32,000 bases of DNA. Origin: Aciduliprofundum boonei T469 (GTDB taxonomy: Archaea > Thermoplasmatota > Thermoplasmata > Thermoplasmatales > Aciduliprofundaceae). Shown piece after piece: positions 25,738-32,000 of the stretch. The notes below the pieces were generated by a model. The model had not been told where the DNA came from. It saw only the letters and a program-made list of their open reading frames with translations, and did not search any database. The stretch is from contig NC_013926.1 in assembly GCF_000025665.1 (NCBI RefSeq), positions 210,001 to 242,000 on the forward strand. Direction: 5' to 3'. Position 1 is the stretch's first letter. The number at the start of each line of letters is the position of its first letter. Position numbers and translations under genes: made by a program.

Positions 25738-26658
25738 ATGCTTGTTCATCATTGGGATACCGACGGCATCACCTCTGCAGCCATATACATAAAACTGCAC
25801 GGAGAGGATAATTTATTTACCCCAAAAATCGGAAATTTCTACTTAGATTCTGAGGACTTTGATGTGGTTAAAAAAGCTGATAAAGTGGTCATTTTAGACA
25901 TGAACCTGCCGGACGCTGTTAAGCTCTGCAAGTATGCGGATGTGTATATCTACGACCACCATCGTGCTTCTAAGGTTGAATGTGCAAAAGAACATTACAA
26001 TCCATACCTTATGGGTATGATGTATCCTTCATGCACCACTGTACTTATGGAACGTTTCTCCTACAAGCCAGATTACCTTGTAGCACTGGGTATAATAGGA
26101 GACAAAGGGCCAGGAGCAAAGAAGATTGAAGAATGGAAAATAGTGGAGAAAGTGATGAGTAGTGAGAATCTTAGAGAAGGAGAACTTCAACTTGCTGTAG
26201 AGCTTTTAGATTCAAGCTTCAAGTTAAACAACAGGAATGAAGTAGTAGAGAATGTACACCTAGTTCTCCAAGGGATTAAGGAAGTTCTTGAAAATGATAA
26301 ACTGCACACAAATTTAGAGCATATATCCAAGGAGATTGAAATGTGGAGTGATAGAGCAGAGGATATGGGTAACTATATGTTTCTAGAGATGCGCAGTCCG
26401 TATATGATAATCTCGGCAGTTACAAGAAGAATTGCCTGGGGCAGAAAAAAGCCCGCAATAGTGGTGAATCACAAGGATGATAGGGACGAGTTCTACATAA
26501 GATTTCCAAATAATGAGCATTCTGCTCTACCTTTAATTGAATTAGCAAAGAAGAGAGGCTATAATGCTGGAGGCAAGGATGAGGTTATGGGTGCAATACT
26601 TCCTCAAGGCAAGAGCAAAGAGTTTGTAAAAGAAGTTTTGGAGGTGTTAAGATGGTAA
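25738..26658 (+). CDS. DHH/DHHA1-family phosphoesterase (NrnA-like; candidate 3'-phosphoadenosine-5'-phosphate phosphatase)
   Basis: DHH motifs I HHWDTDG, II VILDMN, III YDHH and IV GIIGDKG. The C-terminal DHHA1-like region has AGGKDEVMGA in place of the usual GGGH. ATG 25738 lies 4 nt after the sat stop with GGAG upstream; the track start at 25696 lies inside sat. Confidence 0.7.
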   Translation: MLVHHWDTDGITSAAIYIKLHGEDNLFTPKIGNFYLDSEDFDVVKKADKVVILDMNLPDAVKLCKYADVYIYDHHRASKVECAKEHYNPYLMGMMYPSCTTVLMERFSYKPDYLVALGIIGDKGPGAKKIEEWKIVEKVMSSENLREGELQLAVELLDSSFKLNNRNEVVENVHLVLQGIKEVLENDKLHTNLEHISKEIEMWSDRAEDMGNYMFLEMRSPYMIISAVTRRIAWGRKKPAIVVNHKDDRDEFYIRFPNNEHSALPLIELAKKRGYNAGGKDEVMGAILPQGKSKEFVKEVLEVLRW

Positions 26659-27212
26659 ACTACATAGTATCAGGACTGGAAAGGTCAGGCACTTCTATGA
26701 TGATGCAGATTCTGTATCTTGGAGGCATGAAAGTAGCGTTTGATACAAAAAGAAAGCCTGACGAACACAATCCCAAGGGCTATTTTGAACTAGAGGGGGG
26801 AAAGATAATAAACAGACTTATGGATGGCAGCTTTCCCATTGAGAAATACGATGATATGGTAATAAAGGTCACAGCTTACGGGTTGAAGTTCTTGCCTAAG
26901 GGAGAATACAAGGTCATCTATATGCTTCGCAACCTGGATGAGATTATGGCATCTATGAGCAAAATGATCGGTGAGAAACTGGGTGAAGAGGATAAAAGAG
27001 CTTTTGACAAACTGAACAGGTATGCTTTAAAACTTTTAGAAGAGAGAGATGATATGGATTACATAACCGTGCGCTACGACAAGGTTATAGAGAATCCACA
27101 CAGGGAGATTGAGAGAGTTAACGATTTTCTCGGCGGAATTTTGGATGTGGACTCTGCAGTTCGCGCTGTAGATCCATCCCTTTACAGAAACAGGAAGAAG
27201 GAGGTGAGATGA
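26652..27212 (+). CDS. Small PAPS-dependent sulfotransferase-like protein (186 aa)
   Basis: N-terminal strand-loop-helix IVSGLERSGTSMMMQIL fits the 5'-phosphosulfate-binding loop (x-x-R/K-S-G-T-T/S). YMLRNLDEIMAS gives R-N-x-x-D-x-x-x-S, with the same R-to-S spacing as the 3'-phosphate-binding motif of cytosolic sulfotransferases. GGAGGTG lies upstream, and the ORF overlaps the DHH stop by 7 nt. Confidence 0.65.
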   Translation: MVNYIVSGLERSGTSMMMQILYLGGMKVAFDTKRKPDEHNPKGYFELEGGKIINRLMDGSFPIEKYDDMVIKVTAYGLKFLPKGEYKVIYMLRNLDEIMASMSKMIGEKLGEEDKRAFDKLNRYALKLLEERDDMDYITVRYDKVIENPHREIERVNDFLGGILDVDSAVRAVDPSLYRNRKKEVR

Positions 27213-27751
27213 TGAAAGGAGCGACAATATGGTTTACTGGATTGCCGTGCAGCGGCAAGACCACAGTAGCCGATAAGGTTTATAACATTCTGAAAGAGAG
27301 AGGATACAAGGTTGAAAGATTGGATGGAGACATAATAAGAAAGAGTCCAATATCGAAGGATCTGGGATTCAGCAAAGAAGATAGGAGAAAGAATCTTGAA
27401 AGAGTGGCATTTATAGCTAAACTCTTATCGAGAAATGATGTAATAGTGCTTGCAACCTTCGTTTCGCCATACAATGAGATAAGAAGAGACATAAAAGAGA
27501 TAATTGGCCCTGATAGATTTCATCTAGTATGGACACGATGTCCAGTGGAGGTATGCATTGAAAGGGATGTAAAAGGCATGTACAAGAAAGCCCTTGCAGG
27601 AGAGATCCAGAACTTTACAGGCATAGACGATCCATTTGAAGAGCCTACTGATCCTGCTGCAGATTTAATACTGGATACGGATAAAGAGGATATTGATGAA
27701 AGTGTTGAAAAGGTCCTTGCCTACATGAAGAGGCGAGGTTTAATTGAATGA
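27209..27751 (+). CDS. cysC: Adenylylsulfate (APS) kinase
   Basis: P-loop WFTGLPCSGKTT, LDGDIIR, FSKEDRRKNLERVAFIAKLL, ATFVSPY. ATGA overlap with the sulfotransferase stop. Confidence 0.93.
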   Translation: MMKGATIWFTGLPCSGKTTVADKVYNILKERGYKVERLDGDIIRKSPISKDLGFSKEDRRKNLERVAFIAKLLSRNDVIVLATFVSPYNEIRRDIKEIIGPDRFHLVWTRCPVEVCIERDVKGMYKKALAGEIQNFTGIDDPFEEPTDPAADLILDTDKEDIDESVEKVLAYMKRRGLIE

Positions 27752-29084
27752 TAGAAAGACAATTTACCTTGCAACTGCATTCTTGATTCTCCTCATTTTT
27801 TATTTTTTACCCCAGCCTACTGGATTGAGTTATGAAGGAAAGATGATGCTAGGCATCTTGGTGTTTGGTGCTTTTTTATTCATAAGCGAAGCTTTGCCCT
27901 TGGGCATGTCCGGGTTGCTGGTAATGGTCATTCCTCCAATTCTTGGCATATTCTCGCCCCAAGTAGTGTTTGGATTCTTCGGCAACGAGGCCGTGTTCTT
28001 TCTGATCGGTGCGTTCATGCTCGCAGCAGGAGTGCAGAAAAGTGGATTGCATAAAAGAATTGCAACCTATATGCTCAAAGCATTTGGTAAGTCTTCAAAG
28101 CTTTATATCCTAGGCATACTGGTATTGGCAGCATCTCTATCTTTTATAATATCGGAGCATGCCGTAGTAGCACTGCTTCTGCCTATTATTGGCATATCAC
28201 TTCTCAACGTTGAGAAAGGAAGCAATATGGGCAAGGCGGGCATGATTGCATTAACCTATGGTGCCACTGCGGGGAGTGTTGCCACGCTGATGGGAGGTGC
28301 GAGAAACCCGTACACAGTTGCGTATCTAGCTGAGAATTACGGAATACATTTATCGTTTTTAAACTGGCTTATTATGGCACTTCCTGTAACGCTCATAATG
28401 ATCCCTATACTATGGACCTTAATAATAACCATTCACACTCCTGAGAAATTTATCGTACCAAATATGGAGATGCCGGGAAAGATTGATAGCAAAGAATGGA
28501 TCGTTATAGGAATATTAACTTTCACATTCATCATACTCCTCACGATCCACAGTTGGGGCATAGCCGTGGCGGTGATCATAGGTGCAGCATTGCTCTTCGT
28601 TTTTGGCATATTATCATGGAAAGATATTGAGAAGAGCATGCCCTGGGGCATAATTTTGCTTTACGGTGGTGCAATGACTCTGGGAAAAGGATTGCAGGTC
28701 ACTGGCGCTTCGGAATGGCTGGCTAGCTCTATTGTGGGAATAATAGGCACGAATCCGTATCTCATACTTCTAATCTTGTTGGTTATCACCGTGCTTATGA
28801 CAGAGCTTATGAGCCACGCGGCAGCCGTAGCACTGATGCTTCCAATCGCTACAGGCATGGCTTCTGTAACAGGCATGAGTGTGCTAGTTGTGAGCATGGC
28901 CATAGCTCTAGCGGGCGGATTTGGATACGCGTTGTTAATGGGCACCCCTGGGAACATAATGACTTACAGCACAGGGTATTTTAAGCATAAAGACATAATG
29001 AAGACTGGAGTGCTGGCAGATATGATAGGAATAGGAGTGGTATTCTTTATGGCCACAGTGCTCTGGCCTTTAATGGGGGTTTGA
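27744..29084 (+). CDS. DASS/SLC13-type anion permease (putative sodium:sulfate symporter, ArsB/NhaD superfamily)
   Basis: 446-aa polytopic protein with the internal duplication typical of DASS carriers (ISEALPLGMSGLLV ... MTELMSHAAAVALMLPI). Apparent TTG start at 27744 overlaps the cysC stop by 8 nt; the next ATG would remove the first TM helix. Confidence 0.75.
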   Translation: MNDRKTIYLATAFLILLIFYFLPQPTGLSYEGKMMLGILVFGAFLFISEALPLGMSGLLVMVIPPILGIFSPQVVFGFFGNEAVFFLIGAFMLAAGVQKSGLHKRIATYMLKAFGKSSKLYILGILVLAASLSFIISEHAVVALLLPIIGISLLNVEKGSNMGKAGMIALTYGATAGSVATLMGGARNPYTVAYLAENYGIHLSFLNWLIMALPVTLIMIPILWTLIITIHTPEKFIVPNMEMPGKIDSKEWIVIGILTFTFIILLTIHSWGIAVAVIIGAALLFVFGILSWKDIEKSMPWGIILLYGGAMTLGKGLQVTGASEWLASSIVGIIGTNPYLILLILLVITVLMTELMSHAAAVALMLPIATGMASVTGMSVLVVSMAIALAGGFGYALLMGTPGNIMTYSTGYFKHKDIMKTGVLADMIGIGVVFFMATVLWPLMGV

Positions 29085-29722
29085 TGATGAGATGTTTGAT
29101 CCCTGTGCACCAAGAGCTGTATCCTGAGAACTCGCTAAAAAGAGCTGAGAAGCTTTGCGATGAAGTTATTTTGCTCTACATAGTAGACAAGAAACTTATG
29201 GACAAGGTTCAGAGCGAGGCATCTTACATTCTCCCCAGCTTTGCACTGCAGAATGTGGAGGAATTTATACTCAATATACACAGGCAAGAGGCTGAAAAGG
29301 TGAAAAATAGCATAAGAAACATACCTGTAGAGCTGAGGTTTGTGAAGGGTGAGTACTATGAGAGTATTGAAAAGGAGATCCTGCGCCATACTCCTGACAT
29401 TCTGATGACCGATTCTTATCTTAGAGGTTTGGTAAACTTGAATGTTCCCGTATGGATAGATAGAGGAGGAAAGATAGAAGAATGCACTATGATGGTACAA
29501 TCTTTAAGGCGCATAGGAAAACTCAAGCACGCAATTGAGTTTGCAAAAAATGTGTGTAATAGACTCGGGGCCTCATTTTATATCCACTATACCCATGCTA
29601 CAGAGAGAGAAGTCCTTGAGCCCCTAGGCAGACTCGTAGAGAGCCCAAGAGGAGAATTGCTTGTATTTCTGAAAGGAGAGTTGCATAAATCTCCAGATGA
29701 TAAATCTCTGCTTCTTATCTAG
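29084..29722 (+). CDS. Hypothetical protein with a weak universal-stress-protein / adenine-nucleotide-alpha-hydrolase-like pattern
   Basis: CLIPVH...LKRAEKLCDEVILLYIVD ... PDILMTDS resembles a USP beta-alpha-beta core, but the G-x2-G-x9-G-S/T ATP motif is not visible. ATG 29084 overlaps the permease TGA by 1 nt (TGATG). Confidence 0.35.
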   Translation: MMRCLIPVHQELYPENSLKRAEKLCDEVILLYIVDKKLMDKVQSEASYILPSFALQNVEEFILNIHRQEAEKVKNSIRNIPVELRFVKGEYYESIEKEILRHTPDILMTDSYLRGLVNLNVPVWIDRGGKIEECTMMVQSLRRIGKLKHAIEFAKNVCNRLGASFYIHYTHATEREVLEPLGRLVESPRGELLVFLKGELHKSPDDKSLLLI

Positions 29723-29761
29723 AAGGCAAATGATTATATCGTGCGCATTAATCCCTGATTT

Positions 29762-31294
29762 ATGAGCAAGAGAACCTTGGTCATAGGCTGGGACGGTGCT
29801 CCCTACGACAAAATCAGTAAGTGGGTTCAAGAAGGTAAGTTGAAAAATCTGGGTAAGCTCGTGGATAAGGGTGCTTTTGGACCTTTAGAGACCACAAAGC
29901 TCACAATAAGCTCATGTGCCTGGACAACGATGGTCACCGGTAAGAACGCAGGCAAGCACGGGATCTATGATTTTTTCGGCACAAAATTCGTGGGCAATTC
30001 TTATTTTCGAGAGCCTATAAACTCAAAATGGAGACGCGCTAAAGCGCTCTGGAACTACCTTAGTAATTATGGATACAGAGTGGGCACTGTCAATATACCG
30101 ATCACCTATCCTGCAGAGCGCGTGAACGGGTTTATGGTAGGTGGAATGATGAGCCCCAGCGTAGATGCTCCCGGATTCACATATCCCGCCAATCTTCTAA
30201 AAGACTATCCCAAGCTCAAAGAGTACAGAATAGATATAGAGGGTGCCAAGCACTTAGATAGAGATAAGTTCATCTACGAGGTAAACAAAACCATCGAAGA
30301 GAGGTTCGATCTTTTCAGGTACTTGATAATAAAGAAAGATATTGACCTGTTCTTTGGAGTGTTTACATCTTCAGATAGGTTCTCTCACTATATGTGGCAT
30401 TTCTTTGATCAAAATCATCCCTACAGAAAGCACGAGAGTGAAGAAGATCTGAAAAAATACAAAAATTCTCTGCTAGAGCTTTATCAAAAGCTAGATGAGT
30501 ATTTGGGTGAGCTCATCTCCGAGTTCGGACCTGACAATGTTATGGTAGTATCTGACCATGGTTTTGCCTCTATATACAAGTACTTTGAGTTCAATAAATG
30601 GCTGTATTTGAAAGGATACTTAAAATTCAAGCCCAAGAGTGAGTGGAAAGAGTTCAAGCATGGCAAGCTCAATCCCAAGAGAACCTACATTTACGGCAAG
30701 GTAGATTGGAGCGAGACTCAAGCGTACATGATCGGCAAGAGGGGGTCAGTTTACATAAATTTAGAGGGTAGAGAACCCCACGGAGTGGTAAAGAAGGAAG
30801 AGTACGAAGATCTGGTAGAAGAATTGATCAAAGAGATAAAGAAGATAAAGGATCCAGAGACTGGTGAGTACATAGTGCAAGATGCTTTGCCCAGAGATGA
30901 GATATTCTCAGGTCCCTACTTGAACGAAGCTCCAGACATACTCACATTCTTCAAAGACAAGTACGCCTCCATAGGGTACATTGTTGATCTAAATTCTGAG
31001 GATTTGTTCATAGTTAATGACCGACCCGATTTAGAACTTGAGCTAGGTATAGAGAGATATGCGGGCATATTCGTTGCGTCTGGCTTAGATTATAGACATA
31101 CAAACGTGAATGCATGGATTGGAGATGTTACACCTACCATCTTGCACACCTACGGCATACCAAGAGATCCAGACATGGACGGAAAGGTGCTAGATATATT
31201 TGCAGAAGATTTCGTGTTCAAAGAGAGGAAGGCTGAGTTGAGTAAGAAAGAGAAGAGCATTATTGCAAAACTCAAAAAACTTGGCAAAATTTAA
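29762..31294 (+). CDS. Alkaline-phosphatase-superfamily enzyme, type I phosphodiesterase/nucleotide pyrophosphatase family
   Basis: LVIGWDGAPYD (metal Asp), TISSCAWTTMVTGKNAGKHGI (aligns by eye to the NPP nucleophile segment P-T-x-T-x-P-x-H-x-x-x-x-T-G-x-x-P-x-x-H-G, with Ser at the nucleophile position), FTSSDRFSH, VVSDHGF. Confidence 0.75.
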   Translation: MSKRTLVIGWDGAPYDKISKWVQEGKLKNLGKLVDKGAFGPLETTKLTISSCAWTTMVTGKNAGKHGIYDFFGTKFVGNSYFREPINSKWRRAKALWNYLSNYGYRVGTVNIPITYPAERVNGFMVGGMMSPSVDAPGFTYPANLLKDYPKLKEYRIDIEGAKHLDRDKFIYEVNKTIEERFDLFRYLIIKKDIDLFFGVFTSSDRFSHYMWHFFDQNHPYRKHESEEDLKKYKNSLLELYQKLDEYLGELISEFGPDNVMVVSDHGFASIYKYFEFNKWLYLKGYLKFKPKSEWKEFKHGKLNPKRTYIYGKVDWSETQAYMIGKRGSVYINLEGREPHGVVKKEEYEDLVEELIKEIKKIKDPETGEYIVQDALPRDEIFSGPYLNEAPDILTFFKDKYASIGYIVDLNSEDLFIVNDRPDLELELGIERYAGIFVASGLDYRHTNVNAWIGDVTPTILHTYGIPRDPDMDGKVLDIFAEDFVFKERKAELSKKEKSIIAKLKKLGKI

Positions 31295-31986
31295 AGATTT
31301 TTCAATATCTCTCTCGTATTTTTTATACCCACATTGAATAGCATGTCCAGAATAGAGAGATTTGGAACGAAATCTCCAAACCTTTGAGGATATACAGGAT
31401 GCTCAAATTCCTGATACACAAGCTTTATGCCGTTCTTTTCAAACACTTTAGGATCTTGATACCTCATAGCTCCCTTGCCTGAAAAATACACGGTTGCGCC
31501 CACCTTCTTGCAGAGCTCTATAATCATATCCATCTTCTTACCTTGTAGCTCTAAAGTGCTGGATCTGATAAATTTGCGATTAATATCCAGCATATTAACT
31601 ATTCTCATAATTATCTCTATGTTAAATTCTGCCAAGCTCTCCCATCGTAACTCATACACCTCTCGCAGTATAGGATAAACCTCTTCAAAGTATGGAGCTT
31701 TGGCATAGAAAGCTTTTAGGGTATCTGCATGTTTTTTATTCCATTTCTTGGTATTATCAATATGCACGTCCATTATTCTCATAGTTCCGTGCACTCTAAC
31801 AGGTACCGTGAGCCACACAGCACCTTTAGGACCTTTTACTCTGTTTCTATTTATGAATCCTCTACGACTAAACTGCACATGGTCAAGGATAATAAAAACA
31901 TCACTTTTTAAAATCTTATGAAAATACCCAATCCATGGAAGATAATTAGGCTGATGTGCCGCCACTATCTTATCCAAGTCAAACAC
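31291..31986 (-). CDS. WbqC-like family protein (usually found in polysaccharide/O-antigen-type clusters)
   Basis: The N-terminal AAHQPNYLPWIGYFHKI matches the H-Q-P-N-Y/F-L-P-W-L/I-G-Y-F signature of the WbqC family. There is no in-frame stop between ATG 31986 and the window edge, so the start is not fully certain. Confidence 0.7.
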   Translation of the reverse strand: MFDLDKIVAAHQPNYLPWIGYFHKILKSDVFIILDHVQFSRRGFINRNRVKGPKGAVWLTVPVRVHGTMRIMDVHIDNTKKWNKKHADTLKAFYAKAPYFEEVYPILREVYELRWESLAEFNIEIIMRIVNMLDINRKFIRSSTLELQGKKMDMIIELCKKVGATVYFSGKGAMRYQDPKVFEKNGIKLVYQEFEHPVYPQRFGDFVPNLSILDMLFNVGIKNTREILKNL

Positions 31987-32000
31987 CTCAATACTGCCAG

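Noticed and set aside
24597-27751. sat plus cysC read as ordinary assimilatory sulfate reduction.
   Set aside because: No APS/PAPS reductase or sulfite reductase is in the window, and a sulfotransferase-like gene and a pAp-phosphatase candidate are interleaved between sat and cysC. Reductive genes elsewhere in the genome cannot be excluded without the full sequence.
29135-29500. 121-aa minus-strand ORF competing with the plus-strand 213-aa USP-like ORF.
   Set aside because: The plus-strand ORF is start/stop-coupled (TGATG) to the upstream permease and continues the operon. The minus-strand product is low-complexity. I kept the plus-strand call, but with low functional confidence.
29762-31294. 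AP-superfamily protein as a formylglycine-dependent sulfatase, which would pair neatly with the sulfation genes.
   Set aside because: There is no C/S-x-P-x-R motif. The nucleophile segment (TISSCAWTTMVTG...HG) aligns better by eye with the phosphodiesterase/nucleotide pyrophosphatase family.
23504-32000. tRNA-Leu as the attachment site of an integrated island carrying the sulfation cluster.
   Set aside because: I saw no integrase, recombinase or transposase gene and no obvious second copy of the tRNA 3' end. The right boundary lies outside the window. A computational repeat search and a compositional comparison would be needed to revive the idea.
1-32000. CRISPR arrays, rRNA genes, C/D-box sRNAs or tandem repeats in intergenic spacers.
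   Set aside because: Intergenic regions are short (mostly under 100 nt). By eye I found no regularly spaced repeats and no convincing RUGAUGA...CUGA box pairs. The only repeat is a trivial (CGTAATT)x2 on the minus strand, within the intergenic spacer upstream of the AhpD-like gene, which I regard as likely chance in AT-rich DNA.

Overview
This is a densely packed archaeal chromosomal segment. The archaeal call rests on aSUI1/eIF1, Sec61-beta, DtdA-type D-aminoacyl-tRNA deacylase, Nre, TmcA/Nat10 and TrmI, on A/T-rich TATA-like boxes about 20-30 nt upstream of several starts, and on a tRNA without encoded CCA. AT-rich DNA, K/E/I-rich proteins and a GC-rich tRNA suggest a thermophilic euryarchaeon, but the organism cannot be named without a database search. 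I call 43 protein-coding genes (one partial at the left edge) and one tRNA-Leu(CAG). I saw no CRISPR array, rRNA, transposase or integrase. Several longest-ORF starts in the supplied track were moved to internal ATGs, because the long version left under 20 nt between divergent genes or added a non-conserved N-terminal extension. Positions 1-24.3 kb hold mostly housekeeping and metabolic genes: Fe-S serine dehydratase, PRPP synthase, Sir2, TrmI, SUI1, TmcA, Pcm, MPG glycosylase, Nre and DtdA. Within this stretch are several unusual items. They include a short FtsZ-superfamily paralogue with degenerate GTP-binding and GTPase motifs, and an ASCH-domain gene overlapping the 3' end of tmcA. There is also a DUF1611/enolase-superfamily epimerase pair split by an opposite-strand membrane-protein gene, and a CBS/V4R/Roadblock mini-operon. 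The most interesting block is 24.3-32 kb, a same-strand and largely translationally coupled array. It encodes an RHH regulator, zinc-type ATP sulfurylase, a DHH/DHHA1 phosphoesterase, a 186-aa mini-sulfotransferase, APS kinase, a DASS/SLC13 permease, a USP-like protein and an alkaline-phosphatase-superfamily enzyme, ending against a WbqC-like glycan-cluster gene. No reductive sulfur-assimilation gene is present in the window. I read this as a self-contained sulfate uptake / PAPS synthesis / sulfotransfer / pAp recycling module with an unknown acceptor. All functional calls come from motif recognition by eye and none were verified by search.
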